From Candidatus Subterrananammoxibius californiae (GTDB lineage Bacteria > Planctomycetota > Brocadiia > Brocadiales > Subterrananammoxibiaceae): DNA of 64,000 nt. Positions 27,461-38,575 of the stretch are shown here, piece after piece (position 1 is the first letter of the stretch; each line of letters begins with the position of its first letter). The position numbers and the translations under genes are program-made. The notes below the pieces were generated by a model, which searched no databases, was not told the origin of the DNA, and was given only the letters and a program-made list of their open reading frames with translations. The stretch lies in contig JAURAC010000011.1 of the NCBI GenBank assembly GCA_030586555.1, positions 17,604 through 81,603 of the forward strand, written 5' to 3'.

Positions 27461-27576
27461 ATTTACTTAAATTTAGATTGGGGGTGATGCCAATATAGAA
27501 AAAATATGAAGAAGTTTGTAAAACTTAAATTTTAAATTTTCCAATTTACAATTTACAATTATTGAGGAGGATTGAA

Positions 27577-27936
27577 ATGAAAGGATTTTACAGAACCTTG
27601 GCAGTAGTTGCTATACCAGCCATTTTGAGCGCTTCATTGAGTTTTACAAAGGTATTTGCTGAGGAGCCGGATGCTAATGCCATATTTGCTCAACTCTGTG
27701 CACTATGTCATGGTGCTGATGGTAAGCCGACTGACCAGGGGAAGGAATTTAAGTCACCCGATTTCACTGATAAGTCATGGCAGGCATCAAAGACCGATGA
27801 GCAATTGATTAACTCAATGACTAATGGTACGGATAATCCAAACTACGCCCCCGTCGCACCCTTTGTCAAAGAAATGTTGGGTATAGACGTTGATGTAAAG
27901 ATTTTCATTCCAAAGGTTAGAAGTTTTGGGCAGTAA
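27577..27936 (+). CDS. Monoheme c-type cytochrome with signal peptide
   Basis: Signal peptide ending VFA; CALCH heme motif. Confidence 0.85.
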   Translation: MKGFYRTLAVVAIPAILSASLSFTKVFAEEPDANAIFAQLCALCHGADGKPTDQGKEFKSPDFTDKSWQASKTDEQLINSMTNGTDNPNYAPVAPFVKEMLGIDVDVKIFIPKVRSFGQ

Positions 27937-27970
27937 GTTAAGGGATTGTTATTAGTTATTCTGAAACAAA

Positions 27971-27998
27971 GAGGGGACACGCTAAAGCGTGTCCCCTC
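27971..27998. terminator. Hairpin between convergent genes (likely bidirectional terminator)
   Basis: GAGGGGACACGC-TAAA-GCGTGTCCCCTC with T-rich flank. Confidence 0.65.
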
Positions 27999-28029
27999 TC
28001 GTTTTGTTAAGTCCGAAGTTAATGAGGGT

Positions 28030-29592
28030 TTATTGTTTAGCCTTGATGATTACATACCGTGTATATTCGCCCCTTCTTACAAGCATCAGCACATCTTTAT
28101 CAGCACCAGATTTTGCCACTGCCTTCCTGAAGTCATCAACGTTGTCAATCTTTTCACGATTGACCTCTCTAATCAAATCACCTTCTCTTAAGTCAGCCAA
28201 CGCACCTGGACTTCCCGGCTGAACACTTGAAACAACTACGCCCTTGTCCCCTTCGTACCCGAGATTCTTGGCTAATTCTGGGGTCAGATTTTGAACTGTT
28301 ACACCAAGATTCTTAGCAGTCGGTTGCGCACCCGGTCCCAAACCGAAAAGTTCGGGTGGTTGCTCGCCAATCTTAACGCTTAAGCTCTTTTCCTTTCCGT
28401 CGCGCAGCACCTTTATTGTTACAGCCTTTCCTATCTCAGTAGGAGCCACTAAATTTCTCAGATGGTTTACATCTCGAACCTTTGTTCCGTTGTATTCTGT
28501 AACAATATCCCCACGCTCCATACCAGCCTCAGCCGCAGGAGAATTAGGTTGTACGTCGCTTACAAGAACACCTTCTGTAACGCTAACGCCAAATGACTGG
28601 GCAAGAGACGGATTTAAATCCTGTATGACCACGCCAAGCCATCCACGTGTTACCTTACCCTTGTCTATCAGGTCTCTCATTATTGCTTTTGCCATATTTA
28701 TTGGAATGGCAAAACCTATGCCCTGATAGCCACCCGTTCTGGTAAAGATTGCTGTATTAATCCCTATAACCTCACCCTTAATGTTCACCAGAGGCCCACC
28801 ACTGTTGCCAGGATTGATTGCAGCGTCAGTCTGGATTAAGTCTTCATACTGGGCAACACCCACATTTGCCCTGCCGGTGGCGCTAATAACGCCTGCAGAA
28901 ACTGTTTGTACCAAACCAAACGGGCTGCCAATGGCTATGGCCCATTGCCCAACCCTAATCTTGTCTGAATCACCGAGTTTAGCTGCTGGCAGGGGGTCGC
29001 TACTTTCAATCTTTATAACAGCGACGTCCGTCTGCGGGTCTGCCCCTATTACCTTTGCGTCAAACTCACGCTTATCACCGAGTTTAATTTTAAGTTCTTG
29101 CGCCCCTTCAACGACGTGATTGTTTGTCAGGATATATCCTCTTTCATCCACAATTACACCCGAGCCAAGCCCTTCTGTCCTGAACTCACCTTCAGGGGGT
29201 CTGCCCCTGAAAAACCTGTCAAAAAACTCGTCACCAAAGAAATCCCTGAATTGGTCCCGCTCTCTATCTCCATCTTTTTCCCTTTCCCTGTCCCTGCGAT
29301 GGTAAAATGGGGTCTCCCGGTCCTCCTGTGGTCCGAGTCCTTCATGTTTAAAAACCTTTACAGAATTTATAGAGACCACAACTGGTCTAACGTATTCTGA
29401 GACAAGCTCAAATGCCTTTTCAAGATTTATTACCTCACTCTGAAGCCCTTCAAGCTCTTTAGCTAACTGCTCCTGTTTGCCTGCATTTTCCGCTGCAATT
29501 GCTCTAAAAGTATAAGGCTGAATAACAAGCCCCAGCATTAAAGCCATTATCAGCGTTAATGGAAATCTTACCTTACCCTTATGACTACTCAC
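28030..29592 (-). CDS. degQ: DegQ/DegP (Do) serine protease with two PDZ domains
   Basis: LTNNHVV, DVAVIK, TDAAINPGNSGGPL, two PDZ-like repeats. Confidence 0.92.
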   Translation of the reverse strand: MSSHKGKVRFPLTLIMALMLGLVIQPYTFRAIAAENAGKQEQLAKELEGLQSEVINLEKAFELVSEYVRPVVVSINSVKVFKHEGLGPQEDRETPFYHRRDREREKDGDRERDQFRDFFGDEFFDRFFRGRPPEGEFRTEGLGSGVIVDERGYILTNNHVVEGAQELKIKLGDKREFDAKVIGADPQTDVAVIKIESSDPLPAAKLGDSDKIRVGQWAIAIGSPFGLVQTVSAGVISATGRANVGVAQYEDLIQTDAAINPGNSGGPLVNIKGEVIGINTAIFTRTGGYQGIGFAIPINMAKAIMRDLIDKGKVTRGWLGVVIQDLNPSLAQSFGVSVTEGVLVSDVQPNSPAAEAGMERGDIVTEYNGTKVRDVNHLRNLVAPTEIGKAVTIKVLRDGKEKSLSVKIGEQPPELFGLGPGAQPTAKNLGVTVQNLTPELAKNLGYEGDKGVVVSSVQPGSPGALADLREGDLIREVNREKIDNVDDFRKAVAKSGADKDVLMLVRRGEYTRYVIIKAKQ

Positions 29593-29833
29593 ACAATACT
29601 CCTTTCCTTTATAAAAATAATTTTAAAATTTATCACACTGACTTATTGTATTCTATTCATGAAATCATGTCAATATATTATTCAAGTGTAATATACTTAG
29701 ACCTCTGAAAAAGTATGGTTTCTGTCACCCTGAACCCTGAAAGAACTTCAGGAGCTTAACCGAGTTCGGCATGAAATGTAAGAGTATTTTATGATTTTTT
29801 CAGGGACGTCATTTAGGGTGTACTTTATTCATA

Positions 29834-30562
29834 TTACTGCATATCCAATTCCCCGGTTTTTGGTAAATCTTTAATTGATTTCAATCCAAACTGTTCGAGG
29901 AAATTTTTGGTTGTTCCATAAAGGAGGGGACGTCCAAGGACTTCCTCACGACCAACAATCCTTACAAGTTTCTTTTCTACCAGGGTTCTTATCATCTGTC
30001 CAGATTGAACACCCCGAATAGCCTCGATATTTGCACGGGTTATAGGTTGCTTATATGCAACAATTGCGAGCGTTTCGAGCGCTGCCTGAGAGAGCTTGTT
30101 ATCCCCTGATTTCTTCCACAGTTTTGCTACCCAATCGTAGTATTCAACCCTTGTAAGTATCTGGAAACCATCTGCAATATCTTCTATCTGGAATGCCCTA
30201 TTCTGGCTATCGTACTCATGACGGAGCAAATCAATTGTTTCTCGAATCTGCTTGGCATCGGCATTTCCAATTATCTCACACAATTTTCTAATAGAAACTG
30301 GTTCATTTGCCGCAAAAAGAATTGCTTCTACGATTGACTTAACATCCCTTTGCTGCGACCCATCCACTGGATGAGTGACCTGAGGAAGCGATGGTTTTGC
30401 CTGCTCTTCCTTTACATCTAAGATTGGGGTAGTCTTATCCAACGCTGCTATTGCCGAATTCGTTACCACTACCTCTGGTTCAGAAACCACTACTGCACTA
30501 CTTTCAGAGACGTCAATGCTGTCTTCCTGTAGTATCTTAGTGTCTGCCATTTTACACCTCAC
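29834..30562 (-). CDS. scpB: SMC-Scp complex subunit ScpB
   Basis: LSQAALETLAIVAYKQPITRA.IEAIRGV, GRPLLYGTT..FL..FGL. Confidence 0.93.
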   Translation of the reverse strand: MRCKMADTKILQEDSIDVSESSAVVVSEPEVVVTNSAIAALDKTTPILDVKEEQAKPSLPQVTHPVDGSQQRDVKSIVEAILFAANEPVSIRKLCEIIGNADAKQIRETIDLLRHEYDSQNRAFQIEDIADGFQILTRVEYYDWVAKLWKKSGDNKLSQAALETLAIVAYKQPITRANIEAIRGVQSGQMIRTLVEKKLVRIVGREEVLGRPLLYGTTKNFLEQFGLKSIKDLPKTGELDMQ

Positions 30563-30570
30563 TTAAAAAA

Positions 30571-31269
30571 TTATTTTAGAACCGGTAGGGGTGTTAAATT
30601 TAACGCCCCTACTTCCTTTTTATTGGGCACAATAAATTGTACCCACACATGGTTCTTAATCTTTTCTACAGCATTTTCAACTGCTTTTACAACTGCCTTT
30701 GTAGTAACGGTAGCGCCAGTGATTGCAGAAATCCTTTCAGGGTCTTTTTCTCGTACAACTACGAGTTGGTTTAAGAGTTTTCCCTTAAACTGTTCCTGAA
30801 ACCACGGAACCAACGCTTCCTCGCTTGTCTCTATTTCATTTTTACCAAATAGCACCTTCCAGATGGTTCTGGTTGTGGCTACCTCAATTACCTTTGTACC
30901 GAGACCAGGAGTTTCGTTCTGAGAAAGAATGCATATTCCAAGCACCTTATTAGTAGAGGGATCAACCCCTACCATTACCTTGAGCTTGCTTGAGTAACCC
31001 TGTGCCTCACCCATTGCTGCGTAGCCGATAAGCTCATTGTCCTTTCCATTTCCCTTAAACACCTTGTCAGGTATAGGGGTACTTATTGGTGTTACCTCTA
31101 CAGGGCCTCCATTTAGACCGGGTAAAACTGCACTCAACGCCTTCTGGCGTTTCTCATCTTCACGCCGTTGAATCTTGCCCTTCGTCAGGACGAACGTAGA
31201 ACCGAGACCTGCTGCAGCACAAACGCAGATAACCATAAGCACTACTGTATATTGAACCTTCTTGTTCAT
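30571..31269 (-). CDS. rnfG: Rnf complex FMN-binding subunit G
   Basis: N-term TM, GYSS, ETPGLG, ITGATVT. Confidence 0.88.
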   Translation of the reverse strand: MNKKVQYTVVLMVICVCAAAGLGSTFVLTKGKIQRREDEKRQKALSAVLPGLNGGPVEVTPISTPIPDKVFKGNGKDNELIGYAAMGEAQGYSSKLKVMVGVDPSTNKVLGICILSQNETPGLGTKVIEVATTRTIWKVLFGKNEIETSEEALVPWFQEQFKGKLLNQLVVVREKDPERISAITGATVTTKAVVKAVENAVEKIKNHVWVQFIVPNKKEVGALNLTPLPVLK

Positions 31270-32279
31270 CCTTGTTCATTTCTTTTATACGTTTTTTCAA
31301 ACGACGTTCCGTATAGCCTGGGCTTTGCCCACCTGTCAATTAAGGGGGTTGCGGTATTCATTAATAGTATTGCATAACAGACCCCTTCAGGATAGCCTGT
31401 GTAAAACCTTATCAATGTGGTTAAGATGCCAGCGCCAACGGCAAAAGCAATAAGCCCCTTCTTTGTCAGTGGTGTGGTAACCATATCTGTTGCCATAAAG
31501 AACGCCCCTATCATTAAACCACCCGCCAGGATGTGATAAATGGGGTCTTTTGCCCAGACGGTAGAAATCTTTGCAGGTAATACCAATACCATAACAAACA
31601 CAGTACCTATAAAGAAGGCAGGCACTCTCCAATCTACATATCCCTTATAAATCAAATAAATCCCACCTATAAGTAAGGCAAATACAGATGTTTCCCCTAT
31701 ACACCCACCGACATTACCAAAAAACAAACTTGCGTAGCTGTAAACACTACCGCCAGCCTCCTTAAATAACGGGGTAGCAGTTGTCACGGCATCAACCCTT
31801 ATATTATGGAGGAGACCTATGCCGTATCCCCCCGCAAGCTTCCAGCCAGTATTAATACTGGCTGGATAAGCCACCTGAAGGAATGCCCTCGCTGCAAGCG
31901 CCGGATTCCAGATGTTATTCCCTAAGCCGCCGAAGGTGTGCTTAGCTATGGCTATAGCAAAAAATGCGCCAACCATAGGCACATACCACGGCACTGTTGG
32001 TGGAAGCACGTAAGCAAGAAGCAAACCTGCCACGACCGCACTTCCATCGCTAATAGTAACTTCTTGCCCTCTAAGTACTTGAATAATCGCCTCCGTAATT
32101 ATCGCCGTGCCAACGCTAATTACAATAACAAAGAGACAGTAGTAGCCAAAGACAATTAGCCCTGCAATACCAGCAGGGATAAGTGCAAGGTTTACATGCC
32201 ACATGATTGTAGAAATGTCTTCTTCGGCATATATGTGGGGAGACGTGCTTACAACCAGTCTATTTTCAATATCGGCCAT
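31266..32279 (-). CDS. rnfD: Rnf complex subunit D
   Basis: FGGLGNNIWNPA, TTATPL, GCIGETS, FFMATD. Confidence 0.92.
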   Translation of the reverse strand: MADIENRLVVSTSPHIYAEEDISTIMWHVNLALIPAGIAGLIVFGYYCLFVIVISVGTAIITEAIIQVLRGQEVTISDGSAVVAGLLLAYVLPPTVPWYVPMVGAFFAIAIAKHTFGGLGNNIWNPALAARAFLQVAYPASINTGWKLAGGYGIGLLHNIRVDAVTTATPLFKEAGGSVYSYASLFFGNVGGCIGETSVFALLIGGIYLIYKGYVDWRVPAFFIGTVFVMVLVLPAKISTVWAKDPIYHILAGGLMIGAFFMATDMVTTPLTKKGLIAFAVGAGILTTLIRFYTGYPEGVCYAILLMNTATPLIDRWAKPRLYGTSFEKTYKRNEQG

Positions 32280-32313
32280 GTTTTCCCTTCACTCAATCTT
32301 CGACCTACATTTT

Positions 32314-33696
32314 TTATCCTTGCTTTACCGCTCCGCTTAAGGCGGATGCCTTTCGCTTTGCAAGTTCTGACTTTGTAAACTTTATTAAATGAACAATGGG
32401 TCTTCTTGAAGGGCATACAAAGCTGCAACACCCGCACTCTTTGCACTCAAGAATATTTGCCTGCATTGAGGCATCAAAAGCCTTTGCCTCACCCATTATG
32501 CTAAGTTCACTTGGGTTAAGGCCATAAGGACACGCCAGAATACACCTTCCACAACGTATGCACTGACGTGATGCCCACACCCTGGCATCTTTTAGCACAA
32601 GTATGCCACTCGTTCCCTTTAACACCACTGCTTCATCAGTATTCTCCTGAGCAATCCCCATCATGGGTCCGCCAAAGATAACTTTATTTGCCTCAGGAAG
32701 CATCCCGGCACGTTCAAGCAACGGCTTAACAGGGGAACCAATTCGAACCAGCAGGTTCATTGGCTTTTGCACACCGTTGCCTGTTATAGAGATAACCCGT
32801 TCAACCAATGGTCTCTTAAACTTGACTGCTTCATAGACTGCCAGGATAGTTCCCACATTGTGAACAATGCATCCAACTTCCATAGGCAACTGCGTTGGCC
32901 TGAACTCACGCCCTAATAAAGCCTTAATTAGCTGATGCTCTGCCCCTTGAGGATACTTAACCTCCAGCATCTCTATGCTGATATTAGGCTCGCCACTCGA
33001 AGCCTTTTTCATTAATTCGTAAGCATCCGGTTTATTAGCTTCTATTCCAATATAAGCATTTTTGCACCCGACAGAGTTCATTATAAACTTCAGCCCCTGA
33101 ATCAGCTCATTTGGTTTCTCCATCATGAGGCGATAATCGCAGGTAAGATATGGTTCGCATTCTGCGCCATTAAGTATAACTGTATCAATGGGCTTATCCT
33201 TCGGAGGGCTAAGTTTGACGTGTGTGGGGAAGGTGGCGCCACCAAGGCCAACTATTCCAGCTGCCTCGATTCGTGTCTTTATTTCATGTGGTGTTAACGT
33301 ATCGGTATTTGAGGTTTCATTTGTACCATCAGCCCAAACGTCCTCGCCTTGTCTCTCAATAATTACCGCAGTTACTCTGGCTCCTGTAATTGGATTGGGT
33401 TTTGTCTGGATGTCAACTACCTTGCCGCATATTGAGGCGTGGGCATTGATGGAGACATAACCCTGTGCCCGCCCGACTATTTGACCCTTTTTTACAAGGT
33501 CACCCTTTGATACCGCTGGCTTGCAAGGCGCACCTACATGCTGACTCATTAATATGGAAGCTACATCTGGCAGTGGCGCTACTTCTATCGGTTTATCCTT
33601 AGAAAGTTCCTTCCAATCCTCAGCAAGACAAATACCGCCGGTAAAGGTCTTCAATCTTTTTTTATTTGACCATTGCAGTAGCATTGCAAAAGGCAT
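32314..33696 (-). CDS. rnfC: Rnf complex subunit C
   Basis: GIVGLGGATFPT, NGAECEPYLTCD, GGPMMG, two CxxCxxCxxxCP clusters. Confidence 0.93.
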   Translation of the reverse strand: MPFAMLLQWSNKKRLKTFTGGICLAEDWKELSKDKPIEVAPLPDVASILMSQHVGAPCKPAVSKGDLVKKGQIVGRAQGYVSINAHASICGKVVDIQTKPNPITGARVTAVIIERQGEDVWADGTNETSNTDTLTPHEIKTRIEAAGIVGLGGATFPTHVKLSPPKDKPIDTVILNGAECEPYLTCDYRLMMEKPNELIQGLKFIMNSVGCKNAYIGIEANKPDAYELMKKASSGEPNISIEMLEVKYPQGAEHQLIKALLGREFRPTQLPMEVGCIVHNVGTILAVYEAVKFKRPLVERVISITGNGVQKPMNLLVRIGSPVKPLLERAGMLPEANKVIFGGPMMGIAQENTDEAVVLKGTSGILVLKDARVWASRQCIRCGRCILACPYGLNPSELSIMGEAKAFDASMQANILECKECGCCSFVCPSRRPIVHLIKFTKSELAKRKASALSGAVKQG

Positions 33697-33810
33697 GCTA
33701 TTATTGTAACATGCGAGTTTGCTTGCAATACGTTAAAAGCAAGCTTAAAAAGCAATATTGAAATAGCGTGAGAGTATCTCCCACGTGATTTTGTTATCTA
33801 TGGATTTATT

Positions 33811-35022
33811 CTATACAAGTTGTTTTGCAAGTGGTTGACGTAAAGCCCTGTCTATCTGCCTGACTGCTTGCTTAAGGCGCAATTCATTTTCAACAATAGC
33901 AAGCCTCAAGTATCCTTCACCATTTTCACCAAATGCACTGCCAGGGGCAACGGCAACCTCAGCCTCTTCAATAAGTTTGAGGGCAAATTCAAATGAGCCC
34001 ATTGAGCGAAACCTCTCAGGTATAGGGGCCCAAACAAACATCGAAGCCCTCGGCTTTTTAACGTCCCAACCTATACGATTCAGGCTGTCACACAGAACAT
34101 CCCTTCGACTTTGATAAATCTTTGCCTGCTTCTCCGCATATTCCTGGCAATGCCTGAGGGCAATAATAGAGGCAATTTGAACGGGCTGAAAGATTCCGTA
34201 ATCGTAGTATCCCTTAACCTTAGCAAGCGCCTCAACTACCTGCCTGTTGCCCACGCAGAAACCGAGTCTCCACCCTGCCATATTGAAGGTCTTTGACATG
34301 GTGTTAAACTCCACACCCACCTCTTTTGCCCCTTTTACTTGCAAGAAGCTTGGAGCCTTATAGCCATCGAACAAGATGCTTGAATAAGCGAAATCATGAA
34401 CAACTATGATGTTATACTTCCTGGCAAAGGCTACAACGCCCTCAAAGAAATCAAGGTCCACAGTAGCGGCTGTGGGATTGTGAGGGAAGTTTATTATTAA
34501 TACCTTCGGCCGCGGGAATATATTTCTCGCAACGTCTTCAAACCCGGCAAGAAGCTCCTTTGGCTCCGTAAGCGGCACACTTATAACATTTGCCCCAGCA
34601 ATGGCAACGCTGTGAATATGGATGGGAAAAGCAGGATTGGGCACCAGAGCAGTATCGCCACCTTCTAATAAACCGAGGCAGAGATGAGAAAAGCCCTCTT
34701 TGGAGCCAATTGTACAGACGACTTCAGTCTCCGGGTCGAGTTCTACGCCCCATTGCTGCTGGTAATATTTTGCCACCTCCCTTCGGAGGTTAAATATGCC
34801 TATAGCAGATACGCTGTAACGATGGTTTCTTGGGTCTTGAACTGCTTCACACAATTTGTCAATGATTGGCTTGGGTGTGGGGTCGTTGGGATTTCCCATG
34901 CCAAGGTCAATTATGTCAATGCCTTTACGTCTTTTTTCATATTTCAGGGCATTAAGCCTGCCAAACAAATATGGTGGCAAGCGTTTAACCCGTGTTGCAA
35001 CATTTATTGTAAATTCACCCAT
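33811..35022 (-). CDS. PLP-dependent aminotransferase class I/II (AlaC/DapL-like)
   Basis: DLGMGNP, NFPHNPT, HDFAY, SKTFNMAGWRLG. Confidence 0.88.
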   Translation of the reverse strand: MGEFTINVATRVKRLPPYLFGRLNALKYEKRRKGIDIIDLGMGNPNDPTPKPIIDKLCEAVQDPRNHRYSVSAIGIFNLRREVAKYYQQQWGVELDPETEVVCTIGSKEGFSHLCLGLLEGGDTALVPNPAFPIHIHSVAIAGANVISVPLTEPKELLAGFEDVARNIFPRPKVLIINFPHNPTAATVDLDFFEGVVAFARKYNIIVVHDFAYSSILFDGYKAPSFLQVKGAKEVGVEFNTMSKTFNMAGWRLGFCVGNRQVVEALAKVKGYYDYGIFQPVQIASIIALRHCQEYAEKQAKIYQSRRDVLCDSLNRIGWDVKKPRASMFVWAPIPERFRSMGSFEFALKLIEEAEVAVAPGSAFGENGEGYLRLAIVENELRLKQAVRQIDRALRQPLAKQLV

Positions 35023-35057
35023 AACAAAAATGACTCTATCGAGTCACGACTCGCGAC

Positions 35058-36029
35058 TCACTTCTTGACTCCAGACTCTTGACTCGTAGACTCCAGACTC
35101 TTTTTAATATCGGCGCTCTCTTCAAGGGCAATTAACCACGATGGCGCTTTCTGTCTAACCAACCGTTCCCTGGCAAGTTTTTCCAGTTCCAACTTGACAT
35201 CCTCAAATTTCACATCTCTTTTGGGTTTTCTATCAATAATCTTCACTATATGATAACCACCATCTGTCTTAATGAGGTCGCTTACCCCCCCTTTTGGCAA
35301 TGAAGCAACAGCTTGCCCAATTGTACCAGTCGGGCTAAAGGGAAGCATCCTTCCTCCCCTTGCGGCAGAGTTTCGGTCAATGGATTCATTTCTGGCTAAT
35401 GTTTCAAAATCGGCGCCAGTTTTTATCTTCTTCAGTATTTCTTCCCCATCCTTTTTTGACTTTACAACTATCTGGCACGCTTCAATCTTTTCCCCGTATT
35501 CTTCTTCGTATGCATCACGAAGGTCTTCCTCGGTAATAGTTATCGTCTGGCTGACAATCTTCTCACCCAGTAGTTGAACTTCTATCTCTTTACGTACCCG
35601 TCCGGCAATCCTCTCTCGAAGCTGTTTTACGGTTCCGCCTATCTTTTTAATCTCCTTTTCAAGTTCTTCCTCACTGCTCAGTCCGCTTCCCTTTATGTAT
35701 CTTTCGATCTCCGAATCAACAACCTTCTGTACCCTTTCCTCAAGTTCTTCTGAATGAAACTCAATTCCTAATTTCTTTGCCTCCTGATACACGAGGGTCC
35801 TTCTAATCATAATATCAAGGGCTTCCTCGCCAAACCGTTCTATAAGAAAGTTGCCAAGGGCTGTTCTGGTTATCTCCTGACCATTAACTACTGCAACCAC
35901 TTCACCTGAATTCGCTTTGGCTTCGCCTTGCACCGATGTGGTCTCTTCACCATAGATTGTTACATTTGAGGAAAAAAGCACATACAAAGGGAGCATTATT
36001 CCTAAAAATGTTTTTAATAGTATTTTCAT
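35058..36029 (-). CDS. Parvulin-type PPIase/foldase (PrsA/SurA-like)
   Basis: Signal peptide, VAVVNGQEIT, FETLARNESID..SAARGG, GYHIVK. Confidence 0.85.
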   Translation of the reverse strand: MKILLKTFLGIMLPLYVLFSSNVTIYGEETTSVQGEAKANSGEVVAVVNGQEITRTALGNFLIERFGEEALDIMIRRTLVYQEAKKLGIEFHSEELEERVQKVVDSEIERYIKGSGLSSEEELEKEIKKIGGTVKQLRERIAGRVRKEIEVQLLGEKIVSQTITITEEDLRDAYEEEYGEKIEACQIVVKSKKDGEEILKKIKTGADFETLARNESIDRNSAARGGRMLPFSPTGTIGQAVASLPKGGVSDLIKTDGGYHIVKIIDRKPKRDVKFEDVKLELEKLARERLVRQKAPSWLIALEESADIKKSLESTSQESGVKK

Positions 36030-36295
36030 AACTTAATTATTAAATACTCCATTTTATAGAAAAAAGCCTGTCTCGTGAAAATAAAAGCCCAAGACACTTT
36101 TTTTATACCATAAACGAAAGGATTGTCAAGCGAAATAGTATTTGACAATAAATTATCTACGTTGTTAAATACAACGTAGGTGATATATTTACGATTTGTA
36201 GGGTCACACGGTCCGCCTGAGTCGGATTTGTCCGTGTATAGAATGAATCAGGATTTTATTCTTTAATAATAAATGTTTATATCGAAAGGGGGCTT

Positions 36296-37306
36296 ATGAT
36301 ACAGCGTAAAGGGATAAGCATTCAGCGGCAGATTGTTGAACAAGAAAGGCAGTTTCCGAAGGCAAGCGGCAGTCTCACCGGTCTGCTCATGGATTTAACC
36401 TATGCCGCAAAGGTAATTTCCCGGGAGGTAACCAAGGCAGGGTTAGTTAATATACTTGGTTTAACAGGGAGTGAAAATATCAGTGGGGATGAGGTTAAAA
36501 AGTTAGATGTATATGCACACGACAAGCTGTATACCGCAATGAGCCACGGGGGGCATCTATGCATCATGGCATCTGAAGAGACGCCTGATTTAATCCCCAT
36601 CCCTGAACAATATCCAAAGGGGAAGTACGTACTACTCTTTGACCCGCTTGACGGGTCATCCAACATTGATGCAAATGTAAGCATTGGAACCATATTTTCC
36701 ATCCATAGAAAGAAATCACCCGGCACAAATGGCACATTAGAGGATTGTCTCCAGAAGGGCACAGAACAGGTAGCCGCTGGATATATAGTTTATGGCTCAA
36801 GCACCATGCTTGTTTACACTACCAGGCAGGGCGTGCATGGTTTTACGCTTGACCCAAGCGTGGGGGAATTCCTTCTTTCACATGAAGATATAAAGATGCC
36901 TGCTAAAGGGAAGATATATAGCATTAACGAAGGAAATGCCCATTTCTGGGACGAAGGCACCAGGAAGTATGTTGATTATCTAAAGGACAAAGACCCCGCT
37001 ACCGATAGACCATATTCGCTCCGTTATATTGGCTCGCTTGTAGCCGACTTCCACAGAACGCTTCTTTATGGAGGCATATTCCTTTATCCAGCCGATTATA
37101 AAGACCCAAAGAAGCCCAAGGGAAAACTCCGCTTATTATATGAGGCTGCCCCGCTTGCCCTTGTCTGTGAGCAGGCTGGCGGATTAGCCACTACAGGCAG
37201 GGAAAGGATACTCGATTTACAGCCCACAGAACTCCACCAGAAGGTCCCGCTCATTATGGGCAGTAAGGAAGACGTGCTAACGTATCAGAAATTTTTTAGA
37301 GGTTAA
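36296..37306 (+). CDS. fbp: Fructose-1,6-bisphosphatase class 1
   Basis: [33 protein letters not shown]. Confidence 0.96.
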   Translation: MIQRKGISIQRQIVEQERQFPKASGSLTGLLMDLTYAAKVISREVTKAGLVNILGLTGSENISGDEVKKLDVYAHDKLYTAMSHGGHLCIMASEETPDLIPIPEQYPKGKYVLLFDPLDGSSNIDANVSIGTIFSIHRKKSPGTNGTLEDCLQKGTEQVAAGYIVYGSSTMLVYTTRQGVHGFTLDPSVGEFLLSHEDIKMPAKGKIYSINEGNAHFWDEGTRKYVDYLKDKDPATDRPYSLRYIGSLVADFHRTLLYGGIFLYPADYKDPKKPKGKLRLLYEAAPLALVCEQAGGLATTGRERILDLQPTELHQKVPLIMGSKEDVLTYQKFFRG

Positions 37307-37375
37307 AAGATTTGAATGGGTTCAAATATGCTGGGAACATTAAATGACAACCTATTAGTTTAAAGAGATTTTATT

Positions 37376-38290
37376 ATGGAAAATCGCGACTTAGCCATTC
37401 CGCTATACCTTGATACTAACACATTGCTGGACTTACTCGCTTCAATCGAAGGTGGTTTCAGCATGGTTGAAAAAATAACAACACGTTCTGCTGATTCCAA
37501 AACTACAGAGTTGTCAGGAGGAACTGAGTTCGGTATAGCGAATGTTTTTAATATTTTGAAAATAAACCTTAAAGGTTCAGGAACAAAAACAAAGGACCAG
37601 CAATTAGGAGAAGAACGCGAAGTACAACGTTATCATACATATGGTTCTTTACTGAATCGTTTGAGAACAAACCTTATGGAAGCAGAATTAGTTAAAAAGA
37701 TCGTAGATGATAAGGCTTGGGAGAAGGTTAATACATCAGAGTTCGTTGAGGTTCGAGGAAAGTTTGTGCCTAATCCATTACGTGTTTCGTTACAGATTAT
37801 AAACCGTTTACTTGGCATGATTTTACCTTTTCGTAGCTTTGATCTCACTTCTGAGGGTAAGGCGCACCAACCACAAAAGAAAGCTAAACAGGAAATTCAA
37901 CAAATTCAAAACATGCAAAAGATTTTTGAAGGTATTATTAAGAATTTTGAACATGAGAGTATCTATACTTACCTCGTTGAATTGACAGCATTGCCAGGGC
38001 ATAGAACGGTAGTTTATCTTTTTACGGAATATCTTCGTGACCGTTCGAATACTGAGTTACCCTATAGCGAATTTCGAGTACTCGGTAAGGTTGTAAAGAA
38101 AATAACAGAAAAAGATGATTCGATTGACTTGCTTCGAGGCTCTGCACTTTCTGGTGTTAGCGAAGAAATTCTTTCCCCGTTATTAGACGCACTGCGGCAA
38201 GTTGGCGAGCAAGGTATCAAAATTCCTAACCTTGTTACAAAAGTTGAAGCACCAGCAATTCAAATTATTCCGATTGCTGTCTATGTTTAA
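37376..38290 (+). CDS. Hypothetical protein (DUF6414-like)
   Basis: N-term PLYLD...LLASI and C-term IIPIAVY; AT-rich. Confidence 0.55.
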   Translation: MENRDLAIPLYLDTNTLLDLLASIEGGFSMVEKITTRSADSKTTELSGGTEFGIANVFNILKINLKGSGTKTKDQQLGEEREVQRYHTYGSLLNRLRTNLMEAELVKKIVDDKAWEKVNTSEFVEVRGKFVPNPLRVSLQIINRLLGMILPFRSFDLTSEGKAHQPQKKAKQEIQQIQNMQKIFEGIIKNFEHESIYTYLVELTALPGHRTVVYLFTEYLRDRSNTELPYSEFRVLGKVVKKITEKDDSIDLLRGSALSGVSEEILSPLLDALRQVGEQGIKIPNLVTKVEAPAIQIIPIAVYV

Positions 38291-38368
38291 TGATACGATG
38301 TAGGGCCAACAGTAGGCTAACGAGAATGTAGTAAAAGCATTAAAATGTGTTTTAACAAGGAGGAAAAG

Positions 38369-38575
38369 ATGAGTGTTGTTAAGGAACAGGTTATTGAGCT
38401 AATAAAATCACTTCCCGATGATTGTACACTTGAAGACATTCAGTATCATCTTTATGTGCGTGAGAAGGTTGAACGGGGTATACGCGCTATTGATGAGGGT
38501 CGTTTGGTCTCACAGGAAGAAGTTGAAAAAAAGGTCAAAGAGTGGCTAAAGTTATCTGGACAGAACCAGCGCTAA
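38369..38575 (+). CDS. Putative antitoxin
   Basis: LPDDCTLEDIQYHLYV..KVERG....EGRLVSQEE; overlaps a RelE/ParE gene. Confidence 0.7.
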   Translation: MSVVKEQVIELIKSLPDDCTLEDIQYHLYVREKVERGIRAIDEGRLVSQEEVEKKVKEWLKLSGQNQR

